A stretch of DNA of 64,000 nucleotides from a virus: IMG/VR virus record IMGVR_UViG_3300028584_001238; one strand, 5' to 3'. How positions within the stretch are numbered: the stretch's first letter is position 1; each line of letters starts with the position of its first letter. Positions 1 through 10,464 of this stretch are shown piece by piece. The translations under genes and the position numbers were made by a program. A model generated the notes under the pieces. That model did not search any database and was not told the origin of the DNA. It saw nothing but the letters and a program-made list of their open reading frames with translations.

Positions 1-180
1 AATCAGTAATGGCATAAGGAATAAAGCGAACATGAGGATGTGAGAATCCCCTTCAAACGCTTTCCAAACCATAAACCGACCTGTGGAAAGCATGTAACTA
101 TTCCAGAAGAAGAGTGAGAATGTCGCAGCTCCAAAGACACTGCATAATCCTGCTTTAAAGACTTGTTTTGAATTGATCAT
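1..180 (-). CDS. partial hypothetical membrane protein (runs off the window edge)
   Basis: ATG at 180-178 just after the stop of 183..662; reads MINSKQVFKAGLCSVFGAATFSLFFW..., hydrophobic and open to position 1. Confidence 0.5.
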   Translation of the reverse strand, partial: MINSKQVFKAGLCSVFGAATFSLFFWNSYMLSTGRFMVWKAFEGDSHILMFALFLMPLLI

Positions 181-182
181 AA

Positions 183-662
183 TTAAGCCCAAAGAATATT
201 TAAGTTTTTCTTGTATGCCTGATCAATGATTTCAAGCATATCACTGAGAGCACTCTGAATATAATCCATAGAGGCACCACCATCATAGAAGTTGCCATTT
301 TGAGATGGCTCAACGGCATGGCCTTCGTTGACCTTATTCAAGGCCATAAAGACTTTCTTACGAAATACTTGAATATCAGCATGATTGATAGCATAGTAGC
401 CACCATCGGCTTGTGTGGCAATACGAATATTACGATCTACGAGATCCAACACCAAGTAGAAATTAGCGTAGCTAAAATCACGACTTTGTTTGAAGTCAAT
501 GACACGCTCCATCTGGTAATGGCGTTGAGTTTCTTCATCGAATGGGCAAAAACCTTCAAGCTTGAAATACTCTTCATCCAAATCTGGATAACGATCAGCC
601 ATGAAAACCTTCTGCTGAGGGTAATCATCGTGATTGATTTGAGCTTGGAATGTAACACCCAT
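183..662 (-). CDS. hypothetical protein
   Basis: 159 aa ORF with GAGG RBS and an upstream sigma70 promoter. Confidence 0.8.
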   Translation of the reverse strand: MGVTFQAQINHDDYPQQKVFMADRYPDLDEEYFKLEGFCPFDEETQRHYQMERVIDFKQSRDFSYANFYLVLDLVDRNIRIATQADGGYYAINHADIQVFRKKVFMALNKVNEGHAVEPSQNGNFYDGGASMDYIQSALSDMLEIIDQAYKKNLNILWA

Positions 663-691
663 GATAATGACCTCTTTAAATTAAGAAGGTC

Positions 692-719
692 ATTATATCA
701 TGAAACAAGAAAAAATCAA
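692..719 (-). promoter_or_regulatory. sigma70-type promoter with extended -10
   Basis: Minus strand TTGATT-N16-TATAAT with TGA directly before the -10; representative of many similar promoters. Confidence 0.7.
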
Positions 720-836
720 CCACTACAGTATGAATTCGCCTTTTTTTCGTGGCGTTCTGTTTTGCACGTTTGGCATTTGTTTTGTAGACGATGAACCACT
801 CACACTTGTATAGTTTTCTAAATGATTAAAGATATA

Positions 837-1166
837 TTATTTTTTGAAAGAGTAAGCCGAAAAGCTGTCCCAATCACACGACGAACGTGTCAAAATGGAT
901 TTAAATTGATGATAGGCACAAGAAGCGGCGTCACTCATGTGCAAGAAATTAAAACGGTGAGCTGCATAAATAGTAACAGGATAATGATATTCCGCACCAG
1001 TATGCAAATCAGTCTTTATAGAAGACACTCCATTTTTAAGCGTCATGTTTTTGTTCACATAAGGTAAAATGGCATCATTATTGGTTACTTTTTCAAATGT
1101 GTCATAAATACTGATACTATGTTCATATTCCACAACAATCACTTTTTTGAACAGAAAATTAATCAT
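837..1166 (-). CDS. hypothetical protein
   Basis: ORF; start moved to the ATG (MINFLF) after a GGAG RBS. Confidence 0.6.
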   Translation of the reverse strand: MINFLFKKVIVVEYEHSISIYDTFEKVTNNDAILPYVNKNMTLKNGVSSIKTDLHTGAEYHYPVTIYAAHRFNFLHMSDAASCAYHQFKSILTRSSCDWDSFSAYSFKK

Positions 1167-1215
1167 TAGGTGGATCTCCGAAAGAAAAGGATGACCGAAG
1201 CCATCCATGATATTG

Positions 1216-1650
1216 TTATTTCCTTGATTTCAGCTTGTTGTCGAGAACTTCTTTTTTATAATTGTTCAATCCTACCACAACCCAACTGATCTTGTCATCA
1301 ATTGCGGAAATAATTTTGTCAGCTTGATCGTTGTAGAACTCAACACATTCATCTTTGTTGTCAAAAACGTGAAGTGGTGTGCCCGCAAAACTACGATAGC
1401 CTGTATTGTCAAAAATACCAATCATTTTACTACTTGGCTCACCATTTTTACCAATAGGTCTGAAATGAGTTTCTGAATAATAGATTCTTTTATTGGTTGT
1501 ATTTTCTGCATTTGATACAATAAATACTTCTGTTGGCGGAACATGACGGATAGCTTTCTTATCCAAGTCAGGTTGACGATAATCACAAATCCAAACTTTT
1601 TGGCCGACATGCGGGCCTAATTCTTTTACAACTGTAATATCTAACTCCAT
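1216..1650 (-). CDS. hypothetical protein
   Basis: ORF; start moved to the ATG (MELDIT) after a GAGG RBS. Confidence 0.75.
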   Translation of the reverse strand: MELDITVVKELGPHVGQKVWICDYRQPDLDKKAIRHVPPTEVFIVSNAENTTNKRIYYSETHFRPIGKNGEPSSKMIGIFDNTGYRSFAGTPLHVFDNKDECVEFYNDQADKIISAIDDKISWVVVGLNNYKKEVLDNKLKSRK

Positions 1651-1802
1651 AAAAATCACCTCTTCAAGAGCAAGTATTTTAACATATTTTAGAAATAAAA
1701 TCAATTAAATTATGTATTTTTGTCAATGTTTTTATGTTTTTTTGATGGACTAAAATTCTAAAATAAGGTATAATCAAAAGATATATAAATTGAGGATGTT
1801 AA

Positions 1803-2591
1803 ATGTATCTATCATTTCCAAATTACGATGAATTGTCAAACAACCCCAACCTTGCGAAAGACCAAGAAGGTAAAGTGTGGGAATTATTGTACGAAAAATT
1901 TGTAAAAATGAATAATAATCAAAATATCACAAACGAAGATATTCAAAGTAACCTTGGGATTTATGGAACAAATACAAAATTTTATAATACTAAGGATTAC
2001 TGTACAGTTAACTTTGCTGTTAATTTTTTCGATTGTTATATTGTAATACCTGTACATTTGTATTTTAATCAACATGGACAATATAATAGATGGCACTCAA
2101 CATATATGGGATCAAAAAATGATTTAAATTTAATGAATCTTTTAAATATTAATCATTTTAATGACGTTCTATCTAAATTAGAATTTTCATTAGATGATGA
2201 AAACAATAAAACGGTGTATGAAATTATCAAAGAAAATTACATTAAAACACCAGAATATCCAAAGATAAGAACTACTTTAAAATATCGTTTTGACACTGAA
2301 CATAAGGTTTATTTGCGTGGTTTTGAATCAAAAATAAACAACTCAAGTTCTAATTATTCAATGGAAGGTTTTGAGAAGTTTGAAACAGAACTCATGTTTT
2401 TAAAGTTCGTAAAACATGTCATAAATGAAAGAGACTCTGTTGATTCAGCCTTTATCAATTACAATGAAATAGATTTCACTCAATCAGAATGGATGCGGAA
2501 CGTGCATAAATACTTTTTCAGAAGCTTAACAGGTGACAAACGCATGGCATTCTTGGATTACATGAATGTAATAGACATGATAGCAATTTAA
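1803..2591 (+). CDS. hypothetical protein with C-terminal MxxI tag (NNN family)
   Basis: 262 aa; tandem paralog of 2610..3419; ends VIDMIAI. Confidence 0.85.
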   Translation: MYLSFPNYDELSNNPNLAKDQEGKVWELLYEKFVKMNNNQNITNEDIQSNLGIYGTNTKFYNTKDYCTVNFAVNFFDCYIVIPVHLYFNQHGQYNRWHSTYMGSKNDLNLMNLLNINHFNDVLSKLEFSLDDENNKTVYEIIKENYIKTPEYPKIRTTLKYRFDTEHKVYLRGFESKINNSSSNYSMEGFEKFETELMFLKFVKHVINERDSVDSAFINYNEIDFTQSEWMRNVHKYFFRSLTGDKRMAFLDYMNVIDMIAI

Positions 2592-2609
2592 CAAAATACA
2601 AGGTGCCTG

Positions 2610-3419
2610 ATGAAATTATATTTTCCACATTTTAAAGATTTATCTATGAATAATAAGCTCAAAGACAAACACTTTGAAATTATTCGGGCCATGATGTGTG
2701 AAAAATTAATAGCGATTAACAATAATCCAAATTTAACGAAAGAGTTAATTGAAGAACATCTTGATTTAGTAAAAGATGAAACCTCTTTTGATGTATGTGG
2801 AAAATCAAATGATTGTATTCTCATTACCTTTAAATTTAACCTATTTGAATTGTTTGAATGCGAGTTTGATTTGCCTATTTACGTTTATTATAATGAAAAA
2901 GGTCAACAAACTCATTACAATGCTCTGTATAAGGGGGACTCACTAGATTCAACATTAATCCATTATCTGAACTTAAATCATTTCAACAAAGATAATAATG
3001 AATTAGAGTTTTATTTACAAAAAGATTTTTACGGATCAGCCTATGCTATAAAGCAGAAACACTGGGTGATCTTGTTGCATTTAAGAAAAATATCAAATAT
3101 GACATATTTCTTTGATAAAGATCATAAAATTTGCCGTAAGACCTTTGTATTGAAAAATATAGTTAAATCTAATAGTATAAGTTACTCACTCCACTCTAAT
3201 GGTGATGTTGAATCAGAAATGATGTTGTTAAGATTTACTAACCACATTATGAAAGTAAAAAAAGATGTGGATTCAAGTTTTTTCGATTACGAAAATTTTA
3301 ATTTAGACGACAACAATTGGTTAAAAATAGTTAACAAGTCATTTTATGATAATTTTAATGGTGATAACAAAGTCGCTTTTATGGATTACTTAAAACTGAT
3401 TGAAATGATCGAAATCTAA
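2610..3419 (+). CDS. hypothetical protein with C-terminal MxxI tag (NNN family)
   Basis: 269 aa; paralog of 1803..2591; ends LIEMIEI. Confidence 0.85.
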   Translation: MKLYFPHFKDLSMNNKLKDKHFEIIRAMMCEKLIAINNNPNLTKELIEEHLDLVKDETSFDVCGKSNDCILITFKFNLFELFECEFDLPIYVYYNEKGQQTHYNALYKGDSLDSTLIHYLNLNHFNKDNNELEFYLQKDFYGSAYAIKQKHWVILLHLRKISNMTYFFDKDHKICRKTFVLKNIVKSNSISYSLHSNGDVESEMMLLRFTNHIMKVKKDVDSSFFDYENFNLDDNNWLKIVNKSFYDNFNGDNKVAFMDYLKLIEMIEI

Positions 3420-3527
3420 CAAAACTGCATTATATTGCATAAAAGGATAAAAAAAAGCACCTAAATCTGCAATATAATGCCGATTAGGTGCCATCTTTTA
3501 ATATTAAGCAGTATTATATTGCCGATT

Positions 3528-4157
3528 TCAAATATCAATCATTCTCATCAATGTCACTTGATCTGCAGTAAAGATGTTTTTACTAAGATCATAACAATCC
3601 TCAAATGTAATATCTTCAACAAAAGGAAATTGTTTTTTAATCTCTTTAAAATTCATGTTTTGTCCACGACGCCTAGCCAACATGTCCATGACACGCCATT
3701 CACCTTTCTTACGCTTGTCATAGATAATGTGAGACATCTCAAAGCAACCATCATCTGAGGTGGCATACTGAAACGTCCAGAAATCACCATCACGACGATC
3801 TACAACAACAGGTTGCATAGGATTGTCACGAACAGCAATACCATTCACATACCAGCTTGTAGTATTTAAATTACCATTTTTAAGATAAAATAGAGAGCAT
3901 GGAAGATTAGCTAGTCTATGAAAAATATGATGTTTTTCTGGCTTAATCTGAAACCCTTTGAAGACAATGAGATCTCCACTCAATTGGAAATAAATCGTAT
4001 GTAAATCGTCCAGAACATAAATATATTCATTTCGATTCTCTGGTTTAATAATTACTCCTGATTGAACAAACTCGTTAACAGGCGTGATAAAACGACCAGT
4101 TTGCTCTACTGAGAACAAGCATTCTTTTAACTGGTCAATGGTATTGATTAATAGCAT
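3528..4157 (-). CDS. hypothetical protein with C-terminal MxxI tag
   Basis: 209 aa; ends LMRMIDI. Confidence 0.8.
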   Translation of the reverse strand: MLLINTIDQLKECLFSVEQTGRFITPVNEFVQSGVIIKPENRNEYIYVLDDLHTIYFQLSGDLIVFKGFQIKPEKHHIFHRLANLPCSLFYLKNGNLNTTSWYVNGIAVRDNPMQPVVVDRRDGDFWTFQYATSDDGCFEMSHIIYDKRKKGEWRVMDMLARRRGQNMNFKEIKKQFPFVEDITFEDCYDLSKNIFTADQVTLMRMIDI

Positions 4158-4166
4158 GGTTATTCC

Positions 4167-4814
4167 TTAAATAAGAATCATATCAATAATAGGTAGATAA
4201 GATTTAATCAATTTGCTTTTGTTGGTAAGGTTTTCAATTGATCTAACTTTACCTCTCAAAGCAGATGCAATTTCTGGATAGTCTGCTGCCAGTTCGACCA
4301 ATGTTATTTCCCGCCCATTGCGTTTAAAGGTCATATCAATAAGGTATTGGGATTGATCAGTGACTCTAATTTGGCTCACATAGGTTTTATCATAAACATA
4401 GCGATACTTAGCAATAAAAGATCCATAATTGCGGACAACACTTTCAGGTTTATTTCCACGGTTATAAGTATAAAATTGTTTTTCTTCCCACTCGTGACTA
4501 CTTGAATCAAAACGAACAGATTGAATCACAAATTTTTTCAAATTAAGGATAGTTACATTATCAATGGCATATTTTTTCAATACAACAAAATGATCAATAA
4601 TTAAGAAGTAAACACGAAAACCTTCATGGACAAAAAAGAAAGCAATAGCATCTTTATGATAATTTTTCAAGTTAGCCAATAATTTATCACACTCATCATC
4701 AGTAGCAATAAAGTCACTGATAAGAATATCAGGATCAACAAAAACCGGAGCATTGTAGTCAAATGCCACCGATTTCAAATCATCTGGAGTAACAACTGTA
4801 ATTGATTTTCTCAT
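4167..4814 (-). CDS. hypothetical protein with C-terminal MxxI tag
   Basis: 215 aa; ends IIDMILI. Confidence 0.8.
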   Translation of the reverse strand: MRKSITVVTPDDLKSVAFDYNAPVFVDPDILISDFIATDDECDKLLANLKNYHKDAIAFFFVHEGFRVYFLIIDHFVVLKKYAIDNVTILNLKKFVIQSVRFDSSSHEWEEKQFYTYNRGNKPESVVRNYGSFIAKYRYVYDKTYVSQIRVTDQSQYLIDMTFKRNGREITLVELAADYPEIASALRGKVRSIENLTNKSKLIKSYLPIIDMILI

Positions 4815-4871
4815 AAAAAAAAAGCCCTCTAATGGGCCTATTTTATCACAAATGAATAAACAAAGAAAGTA

Positions 4872-5303
4872 TTATTTAGTCAAATCAATTACCAAAGAGC
4901 CAAAAACCATAGCTTCCGGGGCATAAACGACTGTGACGTAAATAGTTTGATTACCACCAGTAGAGGCATGCCCAGTAGAGACTTCATTCAAGAAATCGTC
5001 AGTCATAATAGAGGCCAAAAAATTATCTACCTTATAATTTTTGACGTTATCATGACCAAATTTAATACTCTTAATAGCTTCTTTGTAGACCTCAACAATA
5101 TCACGATCACCCAAATCAAATGTTTTAGAAAAATCAGATGAACCATCGACGGCAAAATCATCATCCGTATCAATTTCAATCAAGAGTTGACGAACACCCA
5201 CAAGGCTTTGTGTCTTTTTGATTTCACCAAGAATAAGCTGGCTGCTCATATCAGTGTTCAGGATAAGGTCATTAATGAGTTTGGACGCTACAATATTATG
5301 CAT
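4872..5303 (-). CDS. hypothetical protein
   Basis: ORF; start moved to the ATG (MHNIV) after GGAG. Confidence 0.7.
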   Translation of the reverse strand: MHNIVASKLINDLILNTDMSSQLILGEIKKTQSLVGVRQLLIEIDTDDDFAVDGSSDFSKTFDLGDRDIVEVYKEAIKSIKFGHDNVKNYKVDNFLASIMTDDFLNEVSTGHASTGGNQTIYVTVVYAPEAMVFGSLVIDLTK

Positions 5304-5403
5304 GGTGACACTCCGAATTAAGTAATGGTTTAGTATATCATGATAAGAAAATAAAGGCAAAAAAAAGATCAAGCGAACTTGACCTTTTCATTATTTTTAA
5401 GCT

Positions 5404-5739
5404 TTAAAGATATTTACGTTTTGTATCATAAGCCAACTGAGCAAACTCGTAAGCTTTTTTATCCGAGTTAAGGACAATAAAACCACGATGACGACGCAGT
5501 TTGGAGTAGGTGTCTTCTTCAATATAAGACCAGTTGAAGAAAGTGCAGTCCAGCCCTTTGTAAGTGCCAGCATAGATACCATCCGGTACTTCACGAAGAT
5601 CTACGGAAGCCGATGGAATATCAAATCCTACCATGTCTTCAAGTTCACCATGAAAATACCAACCCATTGCCGAAGCATAAAAACCTTCTGGTGGATTGTT
5701 CAGGTTGTCGAACTCAATTACCGCATTAACTTGTGACAT
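5404..5739 (-). CDS. hypothetical protein
   Basis: Start moved to MSQVNAV (AAGGA RBS); the longer start overlaps the small gene 5768..5893. Confidence 0.7.
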   Translation of the reverse strand: MSQVNAVIEFDNLNNPPEGFYASAMGWYFHGELEDMVGFDIPSASVDLREVPDGIYAGTYKGLDCTFFNWSYIEEDTYSKLRRHRGFIVLNSDKKAYEFAQLAYDTKRKYL

Positions 5740-5767
5740 TGTAAATCCTTTTGGAAAATGAAGGGAA

Positions 5768-5893
5768 TTAACGCTTACGTGCTTTTTCGTGTTGCGACCA
5801 CATTTTTTCTTCTTGACGACGCTTGGTTTCAGCAACCTGTGCGTAGGCTTGTTCGATTTCTTGTTCTTTTTTTGCTGAATTTACTGTTGCCAT
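5768..5893 (-). CDS. 41-aa charged helical peptide, paralog of 41881..42000
   Basis: Hand translation MATVNSAKKEQEIEQAYAQVAETKRRQEEKMWSQHEKARKR; AAGGA RBS, TGATATAAT promoter and A/T-rich upstream tract. Confidence 0.75.
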   Translation of the reverse strand: MATVNSAKKEQEIEQAYAQVAETKRRQEEKMWSQHEKARKR

Positions 5894-6001
5894 GATTGTG
5901 TTTCCTTATTTAGTTAGTGTGAGGTTATTATATCAACGTTTTTATTTTAAAACAACTACTTTTTTAACATTTTTAAATTTATTTTTGAAATTTTTTTTTA
6001 A

Positions 6002-6304
6002 TTAACGATACATGTAAATCGCTGGGTAAGAGCCTTTGGTGTTACTACCGTGGATACCAGCATAATAAAGTTTTACTGCATCGGATAAGGCTGGAAAGTT
6101 TTTCAACTTGATGTAACTTTCAAGTTCACGACGAACCTCATCAAGCACATTACCATTGCTATCAAACAAGAGTTCAAACAACTCAACATGTCTTTCATTA
6201 TCACTACTGCGATAAGGATCAAAATATTCGATTCCAAACTCTTTAAGGTTAAAGTTACCTTTCTTGTTAAATACGCGGTCAAAACGAACAGTCATACGGC
6301 TCAT
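6002..6304 (-). CDS. hypothetical protein
   Basis: 100 aa ORF at the end of a short operon. Confidence 0.7.
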   Translation of the reverse strand: MSRMTVRFDRVFNKKGNFNLKEFGIEYFDPYRSSDNERHVELFELLFDSNGNVLDEVRRELESYIKLKNFPALSDAVKLYYAGIHGSNTKGSYPAIYMYR

Positions 6305-6322
6305 AACCAGTTTCCTTATAGA

Positions 6323-6886
6323 TTAAAGATAGCGACTAAGATCAGCATCTTTTTTGATTTTAATGTAAGCGTAAGTCACACTATTGCCATAATAGTCATT
6401 ATGCCAATAAGTGTCATTCGCATGAATTTTAAGCATGTTGTCAACAAAAGCCTCAACATTTTCTACTTGTGGATAGTGTTCACGAATAAGCTCACGAATC
6501 TCGTAAAGTGGAACCTCAATGTCTACGTCAGTGGTAGACTTATGGCAATAACCACCGCATTCATCCCGATACGAATCGACAGGAGCCGTCTCAATGACTG
6601 GGTAATAAATCAACAAATAGTCTTCCACAATTTTATCGTGAAATTTAATTTTGTTAGCCACATGAACTTCTGCGTTGTAGGCGTCTTCTGGGGCATAATC
6701 CAGCATAGAACGAAGCTCAGGGAAAACTTCTTTAAGCATATAACTGATGTCTTCATGCAACAGCCCATTTTCAATTTGCCAAACGAAGGCTTCACCTTGA
6801 TCAGCATTGTGACCTGCAACGTAGTGGATAGACATATTAAATTCCTTCAACTTTAATGGCATAGGATTGAAGTGAGATACGCTCAC
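6323..6886 (-). CDS. hypothetical protein
   Basis: Acidic/aromatic ORF; true start may be the internal MSIHY. Confidence 0.7.
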   Translation of the reverse strand: MSVSHFNPMPLKLKEFNMSIHYVAGHNADQGEAFVWQIENGLLHEDISYMLKEVFPELRSMLDYAPEDAYNAEVHVANKIKFHDKIVEDYLLIYYPVIETAPVDSYRDECGGYCHKSTTDVDIEVPLYEIRELIREHYPQVENVEAFVDNMLKIHANDTYWHNDYYGNSVTYAYIKIKKDADLSRYL

Positions 6887-7271
6887 CGTAATAAAGGTTA
6901 ATATCGTGGTCAGTGATAACCGCGTCCTTTATCATTTTAGTGGCATCATTATAGCCCATTTCTGTCAATTGAGCAACCATTTCTTCCATAGGAACAGAAT
7001 AGGTGTTAGTTTCAGAGTCCGAATGAGTATAGTCACCATCGCTGTCATTGTAGTCTTTGACAGAATAGGTGTAAGAATCTACAAAGTAGAAAACAATGTA
7101 GTGCGATTCAACAAAATCTCGCATTTTTTTGACAACGGCGTCTGACAAATATTGTTTACGCTCCATAGTAGTAGGTGCCAACTTATCAAAACAATCAATC
7201 ATGACACCACGCTCATAGCTGGTTGGATGAAGTTTGAGTGTGTCAGGAGTTGTAATAAGTTTAAGCGACAT
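6837..7271 (-). CDS. hypothetical protein
   Basis: 144 aa ORF with its own TGGTATAAT promoter. Confidence 0.75.
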   Translation of the reverse strand: MSLKLITTPDTLKLHPTSYERGVMIDCFDKLAPTTMERKQYLSDAVVKKMRDFVESHYIVFYFVDSYTYSVKDYNDSDGDYTHSDSETNTYSVPMEEMVAQLTEMGYNDATKMIKDAVITDHDINLYYGERISLQSYAIKVEGI

Positions 7272-7340
7272 GATAAATTACCTTGTTATGAATTAAGAAG
7301 GCCCATTATACCAAATGAGCCACTTTTAATCAACTTATAT

Positions 7341-7640
7341 TTAAACGAACATGTAGAGGCAGTCGTTATAACCATCAAAAGACACGCCACAACGAACCAA
7401 TTCCAGAATCTGGTCTTTTGTAATAATTTTTGCCAGTTCTTCAATATCAACATCCAAATAAATTTCATCGTGTTCTGCGGCTGAAATAATAGTCTGACCA
7501 TCAGGCATAATTTTATCCAACAAAATGAAGGCATGAAGATCATCACGCTTACTAAATTTCACTGGAATCCTATCAAATTTATGGGGTTCATCAGTTTCGC
7601 CGTACTCGTAAAAAAACTTTTTTAAATCATCTACAGTCAT
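7341..7640 (-). CDS. hypothetical protein
   Basis: 99 aa; GGAGA RBS. Confidence 0.75.
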   Translation of the reverse strand: MTVDDLKKFFYEYGETDEPHKFDRIPVKFSKRDDLHAFILLDKIMPDGQTIISAAEHDEIYLDVDIEELAKIITKDQILELVRCGVSFDGYNDCLYMFV

Positions 7641-7707
7641 AGGTATTCTCCATTATTAAAATTTAAATTACAGTGTAACACAAACAAAGAAAAGCCCGTG
7701 AAGGCTT

Positions 7708-8298
7708 TTAAATATCATCAATAAGCAGTCTTGACGCTAAGTTTTCATAATGAAAAAGAGCATGAATGAAGGTCAATCGTTCAGAAGTAGTCGGGTTCTG
7801 AATCTTATTGCAAGAAAAATCTACTCGCAAAATATCTTCTCCTAGTTTAACAGCCCCTAACAGCGTGTCATAATCAGTAGCTGAACCATAACGAATAGGA
7901 TAGGTTCTAAAATTAATGTCAGCTTTGTATTTATCATTAAATCGTACTTTCAGGTCTTTAATAATATTGCTACACACTTCGCCAGTATCAGGATAAAGTT
8001 GATCAATAGTAATTTTAAGCGGATGTCCTTCATGGAAAGTCACTGTTTTCCCATTACGAGCTAATAACTCAGTAGAAAAAATTCCCGGTGACTTATATTT
8101 AAAAAATGCATCTCCCATGATACAAGTTTTCTCAACACAAGAAAAGCCCTTAGCTTTTAAGTCATCAATAGACGACGAAAAACTAATACCTTTGTAGGTG
8201 AAGTCTCGAATGCCTTTAAATTCGTCAGCAAAAGCAGAAGAAAATAAAAACAAACAGCCCAACAAAGTAAACATTATTTTACGCATAGCAATCTCCAT
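7708..8298 (-). CDS. predicted exported protein, paralog of 38185..38679
   Basis: Signal peptide MRKIMF...SSAFA; shares the F.GI.F......L.A.G.SC....C motif. Confidence 0.75.
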   Translation of the reverse strand: MEIAMRKIMFTLLGCLFLFSSAFADEFKGIRDFTYKGISFSSSIDDLKAKGFSCVEKTCIMGDAFFKYKSPGIFSTELLARNGKTVTFHEGHPLKITIDQLYPDTGEVCSNIIKDLKVRFNDKYKADINFRTYPIRYGSATDYDTLLGAVKLGEDILRVDFSCNKIQNPTTSERLTFIHALFHYENLASRLLIDDI

Positions 8299-8505
8299 TT
8301 ATTCTTCTGGTAAAAACTCAACATCAACATTGTTATTTGATAGAATAAACATGATATGAGAAGCATCAGATGCTTGGTTAGCTTCAATAAGATCATTCTC
8401 TTTTGCTATCGACAAAAGAACATCATAAAGATCGTTTTCTTCAAGATTGCTTTCAATTAGATAGACATTGTTTTTTTCATCAAACGTAGACGACATGTTA
8501 AGCAC
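8299..8505 (-). CDS. hypothetical protein
   Basis: Short acidic ORF. Confidence 0.55.
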   Translation of the reverse strand: MLNMSSTFDEKNNVYLIESNLEENDLYDVLLSIAKENDLIEANQASDASHIMFILSNNNVDVEFLPEE

Positions 8506-8534
8506 CTTATGTTAAGTGAACGGATTTGAATGTA

Positions 8535-8729
8535 TTATTCTAAAAATCCACCACGACCAGTTTGACCATAACGCTTACAAACAGCACTTACAGCCGCAGA
8601 GCGTTCCATTTCAAGATTACGTTTCTGACTGTCGGTTTTGGCAGATTTAATAGCCGCATCAAAACGTTTATGAACATCAGCCACATCGTCATGAATACGC
8701 GATTTGCCACCATCTTCAAAAAATGCCAT
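8535..8729 (-). CDS. small hypothetical protein
   Basis: 64 aa; GGAGA RBS and TGCTATAAT promoter. Confidence 0.7.
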   Translation of the reverse strand: MAFFEDGGKSRIHDDVADVHKRFDAAIKSAKTDSQKRNLEMERSAAVSAVCKRYGQTGRGGFLE

Positions 8730-8812
8730 TATAAAATCTCCACTAATTTATATAACAAAATTATAGCAAATTTTAAATTAATAATCAATGTTTATTAACA
8801 AAAGAAAATAAA

Positions 8813-8834
8813 AAAAGGCACCGAAGTGCCTTTT
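8813..8834. terminator. intrinsic terminator, AGGCAC-CGAA-GTGCCT hairpin
   Basis: GC hairpin flanked by A and T tracts; UUCG loop on the minus strand; same core at 10431-10452 and 39731-39752. Confidence 0.8.
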
Positions 8835-8851
8835 GTATTGTCTTCAAATAT

Positions 8852-9436
8852 TTAATGCATCATGTTACCAACAATAATAGCAATCAAGATGATAGGGACA
8901 GCGTTTACAAAAAATAGAGATCCTACACGTTCACCAGATAGGTCACCAAAATCAATGTAAACACGAGTGCGTTCTTCTTTTTGTGTGTTACCCCAACCGT
9001 CAACCATTTTAGTTTCAAATTTTTCTGTCATAACAGCACGCAACATGAAAATCCAAATGCCAATAGTAACGAGAATGAATAAAAGACCAAGAATATTCAT
9101 GGCAAACACTTTCCAAATAATCACACCAGCCGTCAACATACCAGCCGGTGAGTCCAAAAATTTATTTGCAGCCATACCCAGTTCATCGGCGGCGACACCA
9201 AGAGAACTTGCGAACTCCTTAGCAATGATTGCAAATTCGCCAAGGTTCTTGATGTTTTCAGAACCAGCAACTGATGCTTGTTTCTCTTTGTCTTTAACAC
9301 AAAGATCCATCATTTGCTTTACCACTTCCGGTGAAAGACCATCGGTTGAGATATTACAACCAGTATTAGATGGTGCTCCATAAGCCGCAAAACTCATACT
9401 GAGGAACAACATGAGTGTAAACATAATTCGCTTCAT
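8852..9436 (-). CDS. exported/membrane protein
   Basis: Signal peptide plus two or three hydrophobic segments. Confidence 0.8.
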   Translation of the reverse strand: MKRIMFTLMLFLSMSFAAYGAPSNTGCNISTDGLSPEVVKQMMDLCVKDKEKQASVAGSENIKNLGEFAIIAKEFASSLGVAADELGMAANKFLDSPAGMLTAGVIIWKVFAMNILGLLFILVTIGIWIFMLRAVMTEKFETKMVDGWGNTQKEERTRVYIDFGDLSGERVGSLFFVNAVPIILIAIIVGNMMH

Positions 9437-9488
9437 TGTAGAACTCCTAGTTTATTTTTGAGACATTATAATAACACAATGGTTTGAT

Positions 9489-9953
9489 TTAAGCAACTAT
9501 TTCAACATTGTTGTACACTTCAAAACCATTGATAACACTGTGAATAACCTTCTTGATGCCATAATGGTTAATACACGACGAACAGCCCTCACAAGGCTTA
9601 CTGGTAGCTAATGTGTGGTGCAAAAGGCGTTGACGATACTTACTCTTAACCGAAGACAATCGAACCACCAGCAGCGTAGCTTTACTGAGCTTATCTGCCC
9701 CAATGATTTTTAACGCTTTATGAATAGCACTGGTTTCCGCATGAAAAAAAATAGCATGTTCGTTTTTGGCAAAACGCTTTTGAAAGGTATGGCTTTTATC
9801 GACATTGTGTTCAAGACTGATGATTTTATTTTTATAAACAATCGCTGCAGCCACCTTGTGCTGAAAACCATTGTCATCAATATGTTTAGCAAAGTTTACG
9901 ACCTTATCAATCTGAAGTCGTTCTTTGTGAGTAATACCATCATTCATTGTCAA
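9489..9953 (-). CDS. Zn-dependent cytidine/dCMP deaminase-fold protein
   Basis: HAE (FFHAETSAI) and PCxxC (KPCEGC) deaminase motifs. Confidence 0.8.
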   Translation of the reverse strand: MTMNDGITHKERLQIDKVVNFAKHIDDNGFQHKVAAAIVYKNKIISLEHNVDKSHTFQKRFAKNEHAIFFHAETSAIHKALKIIGADKLSKATLLVVRLSSVKSKYRQRLLHHTLATSKPCEGCSSCINHYGIKKVIHSVINGFEVYNNVEIVA

Positions 9954-10043
9954 TAAGCCGTTTTAGAAATTGGAGAGTTTTATTATAACAAAAAAGACTT
10001 GATCGCTCAAGTCTTTAATTGTTAACGGTGTCGCAATAAGGTG

Positions 10044-10370
10044 TCAGACTTCTTTATGGATAAGCTCAGCAGATTGTTTTTCTTGATGCAGAGCCAAAGC
10101 CGTCTTATAGTTTTCCAGCATAGAGCAAGTTCCAGTCACCCAAATAGGGTCATAGTTGACAGGGAAGTTAGCCCAACCAGAAGCCGCACCATGTGGATTG
10201 ATTGTAAGGCCAAGAGCTTTTTCAATGGTGCTTAACTGACCTGACATAACCATCATTAAAAGCATCATTTGACGCTCACCATTAGCCACAGGATGACCAC
10301 ATGACACATGGCAATCACCGGCAATAGATTTCTTGAACGGACATTCAACACAAGGACTGGAATTGGACAT
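10044..10370 (-). CDS. Cys-rich hypothetical protein
   Basis: CxxC...CHxxC N-terminus, GWANFPVNYDPIW motif. Confidence 0.75.
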   Translation of the reverse strand: MSNSSPCVECPFKKSIAGDCHVSCGHPVANGERQMMLLMMVMSGQLSTIEKALGLTINPHGAASGWANFPVNYDPIWVTGTCSMLENYKTALALHQEKQSAELIHKEV

Positions 10371-10430
10371 GGTAGTCTCCTACGAAATTTGAGTTATTAT
10401 AGCATGATTTTTAAAATTTACAATAATAAC

Positions 10431-10452
10431 AAAAGGCACCGAAGTGCCCTTT
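10431..10452. terminator. intrinsic terminator
   Basis: AAAAGGCACCGAAGTGCCCTTT downstream of the KTSC gene. Confidence 0.75.
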
Positions 10453-10464
10453 GATAAACCTGAC

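Noticed and set aside
5740-5835. N-terminal extension of ORF 5404..5835
   Set aside because: Overlaps a better-supported 41-aa gene in another frame; an RBS precedes the ATG at 5739
6323-7271. Possible tandem paralogy of the 6323 and 6837 ORFs
   Set aside because: Only a short similar stretch (VP..E....); too weak to call without a profile alignment
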